Below are positions 10,581-20,029 of a stretch of 64,000 bases of DNA, in pieces (position 1 is the first letter of the stretch; every line of letters starts with the position of its first letter). The translations under genes and the position numbers were made by a program. The DNA comes from an uncultured Clostridia bacterium (lineage in GTDB: Bacteria; Bacillota; Clostridia; TANB77; CAG-508). A model generated the notes under the pieces. That model ran no database searches. It saw nothing but the letters and a program-made list of their open reading frames with translations, and was not told the DNA's origin. The DNA is taken from NCBI GenBank assembly GCA_934120135.1, contig CAKOTK010000003.1, positions 8,746 to 72,745 of the forward strand, read 5' to 3'.

Positions 10581-10609
10581 TTGGCTAAATGCTGACAAAT
10601 ATATTATAA

Positions 10610-10823
10610 GGAGAATTCGCATGGTAAATAACGCACGGACAGTAAGAAAAGGAAACTCCAATGTTTGCCTGAAAATTGAGCATTGTATGCTCAGCTGGAA
10701 AGGCGGAAAAAAGTGTTCCAAGAATAAATGCAGAAGTTATACAGACCCAAGGAACTCGAAAAATAAAAAGAAGTGAAATTTTCCGACGAGCAGATCAGAA
10801 GTATGGTCTGTTCGTTTTTTATT
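10610..10823 (+). ncRNA. candidate structured small RNA (class unassigned; 6S-like end-to-end pairing)
   Basis: A GC-enriched ~210-nt segment that is non-coding in a credible sense. Candidate promoter 'ttggct'-17-'ttataa' at 10581-10609 (or 'tgtataat' at 10561). The 5' 'ggagaatt' (10610-17) can pair with 'aattttcc' (10777-84). Internal 7-bp hairpin at 10677-10693. A strong terminator at 10787-10823 precedes the separate promoter of the next gene. Confidence 0.35.
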
Positions 10824-10908
10824 CATAATAACCAGTTGACTAAAATAGATATAAGATATAAAATACTATTGTTAAATTTAAAGAATTTTAGAGAGGAATG
10901 TTGCTAAT

Positions 10909-12546
10909 ATGAATATAAAACTAAATACCGAAATATTAGAAGTAGAAGAAAATAAATCAATTATAGAATTGTTTAATAAAGAAATTGGAGAAAACAAAAA
11001 GATTATTGCATGTGATATAAATAACGAAATTAAATCTTTAAATTTTATTCCAAAGGAAAATGACAATGTTAATTTTGTAGATGTTACTAGTAGAGATGGA
11101 AGAAGAACATATATTAGAGGACTTTTATTTATAATGAGTATGGCTTTTAATAAATGTTATCCAGAAGCTTTTCTATCTGTAAATTATCAATTAACAAATG
11201 CTATGTATTGTGAGGTAGATAATTTAGAAGTTACAAAAGAAATGATAGAAAATGTTAATAACAAAATGAAAGAATTAGTAGCTAAAAGTTTACCAATAAA
11301 AAAAGTTGAAATGACAAAAGAAGAGGCAATTAAATTCTATGAAAAGGAAAATAGTTTAAGAGGAATATTACAATTAGATAATGAGCAAAAGAAAGGGGTT
11401 TCTCTATACTTTTGTGAAGATTATTATAATTACTTCTATGGAGTAATGCCTATAGATACAAGCTATATAAATGTATTTGATATTATTCCATATAATGATG
11501 GATTCTTATTACGTTATCCAGATAAAGAAAATCCAGAGGTATTAGAACCTGGGCTAGTAAGTAAAAAAATGATATCAACTTTGGACGAATATAAAGATAT
11601 TCATAGAGTATTAGATGTAAATACAATATATAAATTGAATAAACAGATTAGAGAGGGAAAGTCAGCTGAGCTTGTATTATTAGCAGAAGCTTTACACGAA
11701 AAAAAGATTTCTGATATAGCAGATAATGTTGTAAACAGAAAAAATGTAAAAGTAATTCTAATTGCGGGACCATCATCATCTGGAAAAACTACATTTGCTA
11801 AAAGACTGGGAATTCAATTAAGACTAAATGGCTTAAAACCAGTAACTATATCTGTTGACGATTACTTTGTTGAAAGAGAACAAACACCTCTAGATGAAAA
11901 TGGAAAATATAATTTCGAATGTATAGAAGCAATTGATTTAAAACTATTTAATGAACATCTAACGACTTTATTAAATGGTGGAGAAATACTTTGCCCAACT
12001 TTTGATTTTAAAGAAGGAAGCAAAAAGTATACAGGCAAGAAAATGAGATTAGCAGAAGATGAAGTTCTTGTAATTGAAGGAATTCACTGTCTAAATGATA
12101 AACTAACAGAATCAATTCCAAAAGAATTAAAATACAAAATTTACATTAGTGCGTTAACTGTTCTTAATGTTGACTACTACAATAGAATATCTACAACAGA
12201 TAGCAGATTAATTAGAAGAATGGTAAGAGACCATAATTTTAGAGGCTATACTGCTATGCATACCTTACAAATGTGGAATTCTGTAAATAAAGGTGAAAAT
12301 CAATATATTTTCCCATTCCAAGATGAAGCAGATAGCATGTTTAATACTTCTTTAATATATGAACTATGTGTATTAAAAAAATATGCTTTACCAATGTTAC
12401 AAGAAATTGATAATTCTTATGTAGAATATGCAGAAGCTAAGAGACTATGCGAATTTTTGAAGTATTTTGAAGATGTTGAAGATAAGTATGTTCCTCAAAA
12501 TTCATTGCTTCGCGAATTTATTGGAGGCAGTATTTTTGAATATTAA
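10909..12546 (+). CDS. uridine kinase / phosphoribulokinase-family nucleoside kinase with N-terminal TGS-like domain
   Basis: P-loop 'IAGPSSSGKTTFAKRL'. Own promoter 'ttgact'-17-'taaaat' at about 10835-10863. Confidence 0.7.
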   Translation: MNIKLNTEILEVEENKSIIELFNKEIGENKKIIACDINNEIKSLNFIPKENDNVNFVDVTSRDGRRTYIRGLLFIMSMAFNKCYPEAFLSVNYQLTNAMYCEVDNLEVTKEMIENVNNKMKELVAKSLPIKKVEMTKEEAIKFYEKENSLRGILQLDNEQKKGVSLYFCEDYYNYFYGVMPIDTSYINVFDIIPYNDGFLLRYPDKENPEVLEPGLVSKKMISTLDEYKDIHRVLDVNTIYKLNKQIREGKSAELVLLAEALHEKKISDIADNVVNRKNVKVILIAGPSSSGKTTFAKRLGIQLRLNGLKPVTISVDDYFVEREQTPLDENGKYNFECIEAIDLKLFNEHLTTLLNGGEILCPTFDFKEGSKKYTGKKMRLAEDEVLVIEGIHCLNDKLTESIPKELKYKIYISALTVLNVDYYNRISTTDSRLIRRMVRDHNFRGYTAMHTLQMWNSVNKGENQYIFPFQDEADSMFNTSLIYELCVLKKYALPMLQEIDNSYVEYAEAKRLCEFLKYFEDVEDKYVPQNSLLREFIGGSIFEY

Positions 12547-12558
12547 GAGGTAAAATAT

Positions 12559-12867
12559 ATGGGAAGAAAATTTACAAAAATAGATGAAGCATTTGTATGT
12601 GAAAATTGTGGAAAGCAAATAAAACCACTTGGATATACTTGTAGAGACCATTGCAATTATTGCTTACACTCAAAACATGTAGATATAAATCCAGGTGATA
12701 GGGAAGAAGAGTGCCATGGAGACTTAGAACCTATCAGGGTTGAACTTGATAGTAAAAAGGGTTATGTCATAATTTATAAATGCAAGAAATGTGGAGCAAT
12801 ACGCAAGAATAAAGCAGCAGAGGATGACAATATGGATTTGATAATTGAATTAACTACAAAACAATAG
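12559..12867 (+). CDS. RNHCP-domain zinc-ribbon protein
   Basis: 'CENCGK...CRDHCNYCLHSKHVD...CKKCG' matches the RNHCP motif pattern. Confidence 0.6.
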   Translation: MGRKFTKIDEAFVCENCGKQIKPLGYTCRDHCNYCLHSKHVDINPGDREEECHGDLEPIRVELDSKKGYVIIYKCKKCGAIRKNKAAEDDNMDLIIELTTKQ

Positions 12868-12874
12868 AGAGGTT

Positions 12875-15325
12875 TTAAACCTCTCTATATAAATTTCCAT
12901 TAGTATATTGTAATCCTTCTAATTTTTCTCTGTTATAAGCTTTGTCTACAGCTTCATTTATTTCATCAATACTCTCATCAAGTATATCAAGTCTAACAAA
13001 ATTTACAGGTAAGTCTTTAGTTGAAACTGAAAGAGTTTTACTATTACAAATCAATGTTACAGTTTCAATGCTATTTGGCACGACTCTGAAATTAAAGCCT
13101 AATCTGTCTTTTAAATAGTATTTATTATTCTTCTTGCAATTAGTTCCACAGTCTGGATAGCATTTATTAGTCTTGCCTAAAAAACAATAACTACTTGACA
13201 TAAGAGGCAGATTACCATATACAATCATTTCAGTATTGATATTAGCGTTAGCCAACATTTCTTTTATAAGCTCTTGATTAAGCTCTCTAGATAAAGTTAT
13301 TCGTGAAAGACCTAATTTTCTGTATTCTTCCATTGTATTATTATTGAACACATTAAGAGTATAATTTCCTATAAACTCATAATCTTTACTATATTTTTTT
13401 AATAGCTCAAAATCACCAATATTAGAAATTACAAAGCCTTTTATATTATAAACCATAATTGCTTGTTCTATTGTACTTAAAGCTATATTTTTATAATTTG
13501 TTTTTATTATACTTGGAACATATATGTATAAGTTATAATTATCACTAAAATATGAAATTACTTTAGAATATTTTTTACTAATAAATAATTCTAAAGATAC
13601 ATAAATATTAGTAATTTTTTCTTTGTCTAGTTTAGTATAATCAAAATCTAAATCCAATTGCCTAAACAAAACAGAAATTTCAGGATTTTTTACATTAGGT
13701 GTATATGTTATACTTTCCTTTGATTTTTTTGACAAGTCTAATAAAGTTCTCTTTGCTCTAGATAAAATTTCTTGTTCAACTTTTTCTAAGGCAGTTCTTC
13801 TTAATTCATTCAATGTACTAATACTCGGAACATAAAGTCCATCATCCAAAAGAACTGTGATGTTCTCAAAAGAAAATGGGGTATTAGTAGTTTTGGAAAT
13901 TTGTTTTACAACTCGCTCAACACTAATTGGTGTTTTTAGAGCATCAATAGGTATCATATTTGAAATTTCTTTAACATAAATACTTGAATAAAGTTCATTA
14001 TAGCAAGTATTTTTATTTGTAGAAATTTCCATACTAATAGGTGTATTCTTTTTGATTGTAACAGTACAATTTAAAGGTATTTTTTTATTTTCACAATTAT
14101 CATAAGATGCTTTAGCAAAATCGCTTAAAGTTTTACTAGAAATTCTGTAAACTTTATCTCCAACTTTGATATTGCCTTTCATACGTCCAATTGTAACTTC
14201 AGTATTAGCTGAAACTTTCTTTTGATTTACATTCTTAATCATAAGCTCTGATACTAAGTATTTAGAAGCTTCATTAGAAACAGAAACAGAGTCTCCGAGT
14301 TCTAAGTCTTCTTCTAGTTGCAAGGTAATATGACCTTTATTAGAATTGTATTTTTTTATAGTTCCTAAATAAATTCCCATATTACTTGGTTTTTCAGAAA
14401 ATATTAAGTTCCTATTATGTTTAGAATCTAAATGTCCATCTGAAAATCCACCTCTATTAAATACTTGCATTAAGTCATTTATATCTTTTTCGTCAATAAT
14501 AAAGTCATCATTATTTAATACCATATCAATATATCTTCTGTAAATTCTAGTAACAGTGGCAACATATTCCGGACTTTTCATACGACCTTCGATTTTAAAA
14601 CATTTGACACCAGCTTGTATTAAACGTGGGAGATAGGCAATACCACATAAATCTTTAGTACTTAATAAATAGCCTTTATCTATTGATTTACGCTCATGAG
14701 TCTCAGCATTTTCACTAATTAGTTCATAAGGTAACCTACAAGGACCAGCGCATTTACCACGGTTTCCTGAACGACCACCAACAATACTTGAAAATAAACA
14801 TTGACCTGAATAGCAAATACATAATGCACCATGAATAAAAGTTTCAATTTCAACTTTACAGTTTTTACAAATGTACTCAATTTCGTCACAAGAAAGTTCC
14901 CTTGAAAGAACTACTCTATCAAAACCAAGTTTTTCAAGCTTCAATACTCCTTGCAAGTTGTGTACTGTCATTTGAGTACTAGCGTGTATAGGTAACCCAG
15001 GAATATTATCGATTAGATATTTTGCCAAGCCTAAATCTTGAACAATTATTGCATCAACTCCTGCTTTATAAGCCTCTTTAGCCAAATCAACTGCATTATC
15101 AAATTCACAATTCTCAAGAAGAGTGTTTAAGGTTAAGTTCGTTTTTACATTCCTTAATTTACAATAATCTATAACTTGTTTCATATCTTCAATATTAAAA
15201 TTAGCTGCGTACATTCTAGCATTAAACTGTTCTACACCAAAATATACTGCGTCTGCACCGTTTTGCACAGCTGCTTTTAAACAATTCCAGTCTCCAACAG
15301 GAGCCAAGAGTTCTACTTTTGTCAT
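12875..15325 (-). CDS. peptidase U32 family protein (double-domain, collagenase/RlhA-like)
   Basis: 'VELLAPVGDWNCLKAAVQNGADAVYFG' is the U32 N-terminus. ATG 15325 is chosen because of the 'ggaggt' SD; the track start adds 21 implausible residues. Confidence 0.85.
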   Translation of the reverse strand: MTKVELLAPVGDWNCLKAAVQNGADAVYFGVEQFNARMYAANFNIEDMKQVIDYCKLRNVKTNLTLNTLLENCEFDNAVDLAKEAYKAGVDAIIVQDLGLAKYLIDNIPGLPIHASTQMTVHNLQGVLKLEKLGFDRVVLSRELSCDEIEYICKNCKVEIETFIHGALCICYSGQCLFSSIVGGRSGNRGKCAGPCRLPYELISENAETHERKSIDKGYLLSTKDLCGIAYLPRLIQAGVKCFKIEGRMKSPEYVATVTRIYRRYIDMVLNNDDFIIDEKDINDLMQVFNRGGFSDGHLDSKHNRNLIFSEKPSNMGIYLGTIKKYNSNKGHITLQLEEDLELGDSVSVSNEASKYLVSELMIKNVNQKKVSANTEVTIGRMKGNIKVGDKVYRISSKTLSDFAKASYDNCENKKIPLNCTVTIKKNTPISMEISTNKNTCYNELYSSIYVKEISNMIPIDALKTPISVERVVKQISKTTNTPFSFENITVLLDDGLYVPSISTLNELRRTALEKVEQEILSRAKRTLLDLSKKSKESITYTPNVKNPEISVLFRQLDLDFDYTKLDKEKITNIYVSLELFISKKYSKVISYFSDNYNLYIYVPSIIKTNYKNIALSTIEQAIMVYNIKGFVISNIGDFELLKKYSKDYEFIGNYTLNVFNNNTMEEYRKLGLSRITLSRELNQELIKEMLANANINTEMIVYGNLPLMSSSYCFLGKTNKCYPDCGTNCKKNNKYYLKDRLGFNFRVVPNSIETVTLICNSKTLSVSTKDLPVNFVRLDILDESIDEINEAVDKAYNREKLEGLQYTNGNLYREV

Positions 15326-15427
15326 ATAAATAATAACCTCCAAATAATTTAACCTTATTAATTGTAACACAATTTTTGTCTTTTGCATACTAATATTATA
15401 TAGAAAAGTAAAAAGGAGGAGATCAGT

Positions 15428-15583
15428 ATGCCAGAAGAATCTAGAGACTGTGGATGCGGCCGTAATAATGGTTGCGGTTGCTTAGGTAACTTATTTGGAG
15501 GTTGCGGATGTGGTGATAGTAGTATTTTATTCTTTATAATAATATTTTTATTACTATTTTGTAATTGCGGAGGCAACAGATAA
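15428..15583 (+). CDS. YjcZ-like tiny Cys/Gly-rich transmembrane (sporulation-type) microprotein, 51 aa
   Basis: 'aaaggagga' SD. Translation is MPEESRDCGCGRNNGCGCLGNLFGGCGCGDSSILFFIIIFLLLFCNCGGNR. A hairpin terminator follows at about 15594-15625. Below the ORF-track cutoff. Confidence 0.5.
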   Translation: MPEESRDCGCGRNNGCGCLGNLFGGCGCGDSSILFFIIIFLLLFCNCGGNR

Positions 15584-15700
15584 CAACATATTAAAGGCAG
15601 CATTTGACAAATGTTGCCTTTTTTCTATTTTATCTTGACGGAAAATATCAAGAATGATATACTAAGCTTGTAGAAATTTATCACTTTTTAGGAGGAAAAA

Positions 15701-17867
15701 ATGTTATTAAAAAACATTTTCAATATACGAAAAATAGTAAGTATCATTCTAATAATTTTAATATTATCAAGTTTAATTACACTATTTATAAATAACGAGG
15801 TAAAAGCTACATATAGTAGCAAGTTTTCAAATTATCCTCGGATACGAAAAACTATTAAAAGAATTACAAGAAGCTCATCCAAATTGGGAATTTGAAATAT
15901 TAGAAACCGGTTTGGATTGGTCAGAAGTAATTATTGCTGAATCTACAAGATATCACGGTAGAAATGTTGTACCATCAACAAGAGCAGATGCTTGGAAATG
16001 TGCTTGCAACAAAACTGTAGAAGATGTTTGGAAATGTGCTTCAACAGCAGCAGTAGCATATTATATGGATCCAAGAAATTCATTGAACGAAAATTATATA
16101 TTTCAATTTGAACAATTGACATATGACGAAAAAAATCAAACAAAAGAAGGAGTAGAACTTATACTTAAACCTTGTAATTATGCACAAGGTAAAGTTACAT
16201 ATTATGATTCAAAAGGCAACAAAAAGACGTTAGACAAAACTTATGTAGATGTAATAATGGAAGCTTCAAAAGAATACAATATAAGTCCATATCACTTGGC
16301 TTCTAGAATAAGACAAGAACAAGGAGCTGGAAATGCAGGTTCAATGATTTCTGGAACTTGGACAGGCGGTGACGGAAACTATAAAGGCTTATATAATTTC
16401 TTTAATATTTGTGCTTATGGAAAAAACATTGTACAAAACGGTTTAAAGTATGCTAAATCACAAGGATGGACAGATCCAGAGAAATCTATTAAAGGTGGAG
16501 CTAAAATATTAGCATCAGGATATATTTCAATAGGACAAGATACATTATATCTAGAGAAATTTGACGTTGTAAATGGTGGAGATGGATATTATTCACACCA
16601 ATATATGACAAATGTATCTGCTTCTAAAACTGAGGGATATACAATTCGTAATACATATACAAATATGGGATTATTATCATCAGAGTCTAAGATAAAATTT
16701 AAAATTCCAGTATATAAAAATATGCCTGAGCAAATATGTCCACAACCAGGAACAGAAAAACCTGTTACACAAGATGTTGAGATAACTGAAAATAACGTGA
16801 GAGTTAGAAAAGGCAAAGGAACTAACTATGATATAGTTACAACATTAAACAAAGGAACTAAAATTTTAAGAATTGAATTAGACAATTCTAAAACAGGGGG
16901 ATATTACTGGGATAAAGTTGTATTAGCAGACGGAACAAAAGGATATGTTGCAAGAAACTATTTGAAACAAATAGATTTACAAAGTAACTGCAATGAACAA
17001 TATATTACTACTAAATATACAGACTTTAGAAATGGTCCTGGCACATCAAAAACAACGGTTCTCAAAGTATTATCAGCAGGACAAATAGTAACAATTGTGG
17101 AAAAAGATAAATACAAAGCTTTAGATGACAATGACTGGTGTAGAATTAAATTAAGTGATGGAACTTATGGATATGTTACATCAAATAGTTTTGAAGCATA
17201 TGACCCTACTAAAGTTGACCAATTAAGAATAATCTGTACTGATGGACTAACTGTCAGAAAATCGCCAAGTACAAGTGCATCAGCACTAGCATCACTATAC
17301 AAAGGAGCTATAGTAACAAGAACAGAAAGAAATGTAGAAAGCACAAACAAAAACTATATATGGGATAAAATAATTACATCTAGTGGAATTACCGGATATA
17401 TAGCAACAAGAGATATAAAAAATAATGAAGACTGGGCTGAGGTTATAGGTTCGAACAATCCAACTGATACAACAACAGAAATAAAAGGTAATGGATTTAA
17501 GACGAGTGAAAATAATATTGTTTGTCAACCTAAAATTACAGTAAGCAATATAAAAGCTGTAGCAAAAGATGCAATTATCAAAAAAGGTAATACTGTAATA
17601 GAGGACACAGCAAATGTAGGTACAGGATATACATTAACATCAGACGGAAAAACATATACAATTGTAGTTTTAGGAGATGTTAATGGAGATGGAAAGGCTT
17701 CAGCAGGTGATTATGTATTAATCAAAAATCACATAATGCAAACTAACTTGATAAAGGATTCTGCAAACCAAAATGCAGCCGATGTAAATAAGGATGGTAA
17801 GATTTCAGCAGGTGACTATGTACTAATAAAAAACTATATAATGAAAGGTACTGAATTTTCACTATAA
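15701..17867 (+). pseudogene. secreted GH73-type glucosaminidase / 3x SH3b / C-terminal dockerin protein, interrupted by a +1 frame change
   Basis: The signal peptide (15701-15895) is in frame 2 and the enzyme body is in frame 0. Reading across 'cct c gga tac' gives ...SNYP|GYEKLLKELQEAHPNWEFEILETGLDWSEV. Other motifs: 'ISPYHLASRIRQEQG' (glucosaminidase) and 'DVNGDGKASAGDY'/'DVNKDGKISAGDY' (dockerin). Confidence 0.7.
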
Positions 17868-17888
17868 TTATAAAGGAGATTAAAACAA

Positions 17889-19181
17889 ATGAATAAGAAA
17901 ATATTAAAAATTAATTTATGTTTAATAATGTTATTTATATTTATATCTTGTACAACACAAGTTTTTGCTGCAGGAAGTTTTTCATTAAGCAAATCTAGTT
18001 CTAGTATAACAGAAGGCAAAACAGATAGCTTTACTATAAACGGAAGTAATGCAACAGGAAGAGTAGATATTACATCTTCTAATACAAGTGTTGCGACAGT
18101 TAGTTCAAGTAGCCAATGGCTTGAAAATAACTCTGCAACCGTAACTATAACAGCAAAAAAAGCTGGAACTGCAAAAATAACTGTGTCTGGTACAATAGCT
18201 GACAAAGATGGAAATGAGGCAACAGTTACTAAAACAATAAGTGTAACAGTAAAAGCTAAATCAACATCAAGTTCTAGTAACAATAATTCGAATTCAAACT
18301 CAAATTCAAATAGTGGAAGTACTAAAAAAGAACCTAAATTTACAAGTGTTAATCAAACAATGTATACAACAGGAGAAGTAAATATAAGAAAAAGCTATTC
18401 AACATCTAGTGCAATAATAAAAACAGTAGAAAAAGGAACTAAAATTACTAGAGTAGGAATAGGAGATAATGGTTGGAGTAAAATTACATATAATGGTCAA
18501 ACAGCCTACATTAGTAGTTCACTATTAACTAAAACTAAACCAGCTGAAGATAAACCAAAAACAGAAGAACCAAAAAGCAATACAACAACAAATCAAACTA
18601 CAAATAATGAAACAATAAACAACGAGAATACTAATAACATAACAGAACCTGTTAATAATGAAGTTGATAATTCTAACACAGACAATACAAATGCAATATT
18701 AGGACTATCTAAGTTAGAAATTGCAGGAGTAAACTTTTCAGAAGGATTTGACCCTTCAATACATTCATACACTTTAAAATTAAATTTCTTTGTAAAAGAC
18801 TTAAATATCACAGCAGAAGCTAATAAAACAGATGCTAAAGTTGAAATAATAGGAAATGAAAATTTTGAAGCAGGGGAGAATAATGTTACAATATTAGTTA
18901 GTTCAGCTGATAACAAAGAAACAGCAACATATCAAATAAAAGTAACAATACCATCAGAAGTAGCAAGTTCACCACAAAATAATATTCAATTTTATCTAAT
19001 GTGTGGAACTATTATATTAGCAGCAATTGTGGTAATTGGAATAATCATTTCAATATATAAAAAGAAAAATAAAAGTGAAGTAGATTATAAAGAGACCAAA
19101 ACAGATAATGATATGATAGACTCCTATACAGATATAAAACCTAAAAAAGAAAAAGTAAAAAGTGGTAAACACTCAAATTAA
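17889..19181 (+). CDS. membrane-anchored surface protein with Big_2-like, SH3b and cadherin-like beta-sandwich domains
   Basis: Signal peptide, 'ATVTITAKKAGTAKITV' (Ig-like), an SH3b segment, 'FDPSIHSYTLKL...TATYQIKVT' (cadherin-like) and a C-terminal TM helix. Confidence 0.7.
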   Translation: MNKKILKINLCLIMLFIFISCTTQVFAAGSFSLSKSSSSITEGKTDSFTINGSNATGRVDITSSNTSVATVSSSSQWLENNSATVTITAKKAGTAKITVSGTIADKDGNEATVTKTISVTVKAKSTSSSSNNNSNSNSNSNSGSTKKEPKFTSVNQTMYTTGEVNIRKSYSTSSAIIKTVEKGTKITRVGIGDNGWSKITYNGQTAYISSSLLTKTKPAEDKPKTEEPKSNTTTNQTTNNETINNENTNNITEPVNNEVDNSNTDNTNAILGLSKLEIAGVNFSEGFDPSIHSYTLKLNFFVKDLNITAEANKTDAKVEIIGNENFEAGENNVTILVSSADNKETATYQIKVTIPSEVASSPQNNIQFYLMCGTIILAAIVVIGIIISIYKKKNKSEVDYKETKTDNDMIDSYTDIKPKKEKVKSGKHSN

Positions 19182-19223
19182 AATATAATGTGGAAAAGAA
19201 ATTTTTCTTTTCCACAAAAATAT

Positions 19224-19299
19224 GCTGGTATAGCTCAGTTGGTAGAGCAACAGATTCGTAACCTGTAGGTCGGCGGTTCGATTCCGCCTACCAGCTCCA
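19224..19299 (+). tRNA. tRNA-Thr (anticodon CGU), CCA encoded
   Basis: Hand-folded cloverleaf: acceptor 'gctggta'/'taccagc', D-arm 'gctc...gagc', anticodon loop 'ttCGTaa', T-arm 'ggcgg ttcgatt ccgcc'. A terminator hairpin follows at about 19306-19338. Confidence 0.9.
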
Positions 19300-19384
19300 A
19301 ATCAAAAGAGAATGGATAGACATAATTTTCTAGCCATTCTCTTTTAATTAGATAAATTAACATATTATGGAACATCAACAAAGA

Positions 19385-19493
19385 TTGCAAAATTATGTAA
19401 ATAGTGATATAATAATTTTATTATTGTTCGTAGCTATGCGAACTATAATAAAATAGCCAAGTGGCAAATTCTCAAAAACAATTGTTAGGAGGA
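19385..19493 (+). promoter_or_regulatory. promoter + conserved 5' leader module, copy 1 (drives orphan A)
   Basis: 'ttgcaa'-17-'tataat', then a ~15-bp 5' hairpin, the palindrome 'aacaattgtt' and 'aggagg'. Near-identical to 25146-25252. Confidence 0.55.
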
Positions 19494-19500
19494 TTGAACT

Positions 19501-19863
19501 ATGCAAGTTGAGGATAAACTTCTTTGTCATTGGGATTTAGTACGGTTCGTTACAGAGGAACAATTACGCCAGAAAAATGGAAAGTTTTTCACTCTTTCTG
19601 TTTGCTGCACTAACAGTTTAGAACTTATGATTTATTTGAACAAACGTTGGTTCAGCTATGAAGTAAGAGTCTATAAAGATTTACCAAGTGATAAGTACGT
19701 TCCACATCAATATGACAATGTAAAGAGATTTAAAGAAAATGATGAATATGCAACATTTTTCTTTAAAAAGTTTGAACAAGCACGGAACTTTGTGGCATTG
19801 TTAGGCTATAGACATCCTGAGTACCGAGTAAGACCCACTAGAAAAATAGGCGAAGACACTTAA
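19501..19863 (+). CDS. orphan protein A (120 aa), GC-enriched, no recognisable family
   Basis: Strong SD, own promoter and own terminator (19908-19939). Codon usage (cag, ctg, cgg) is unlike the host's. Confidence 0.55.
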   Translation: MQVEDKLLCHWDLVRFVTEEQLRQKNGKFFTLSVCCTNSLELMIYLNKRWFSYEVRVYKDLPSDKYVPHQYDNVKRFKENDEYATFFFKKFEQARNFVALLGYRHPEYRVRPTRKIGEDT

Positions 19864-19934
19864 CTTGCAGTCAACTAGTTACGTTATTTTGTAACTGGTT
19901 AATCAATAAAAAGTCCTGTCAATAAAGACGGGAC

Positions 19935-20029
19935 TTTTTATGTGATAATATATAATTTCAAGACAATGTAAACTAAGCATTGTCTTTCTCGATTTTATAC
20001 ATTAATTTTGCGTATATGGGGGCAAAAAT
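19935..20029. repeat. 95-bp perfect direct repeat, copy 1 (contains a duplicated 3' end of the transporter gene)
   Basis: Letter-for-letter identical to 23736-23830 by eye. Confidence 0.9.

Noticed and set aside
10567-10776. 69-aa ORF in the track (MIRTSWLNADKY...)
   Set aside because: No ribosome-binding site. The composition is R/K/C/N-rich and unlike any protein here. It overlaps a region better explained as a structured RNA with its own terminator.
10610-10823. Assigning the candidate sRNA specifically to 6S RNA, the raiA motif, SRP RNA or a riboswitch class
   Set aside because: I could not match conserved cores from memory (no SRP 'GGAAG...AGCA' helix-8 pattern, no T-box, TPP, SAM, ykkC or GEMM signatures). 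End-to-end pairing alone does not identify 6S. The class is left unassigned.
15358-15603. 81-aa minus-strand ORF (Pro/Gln-rich)
   Set aside because: It is antisense to the SD-preceded YjcZ-like microprotein. Its P/Q repeats are simply the reverse complement of the GCGC-rich coding sequence.
18270-18310. Short 'aattcgaattcaaactcaaattcaaat' microsatellite-like stretch
   Set aside because: It encodes a low-complexity (NS)n linker inside the surface protein. It is too short and imperfect to call as a repeat feature or a phase-variation tract.
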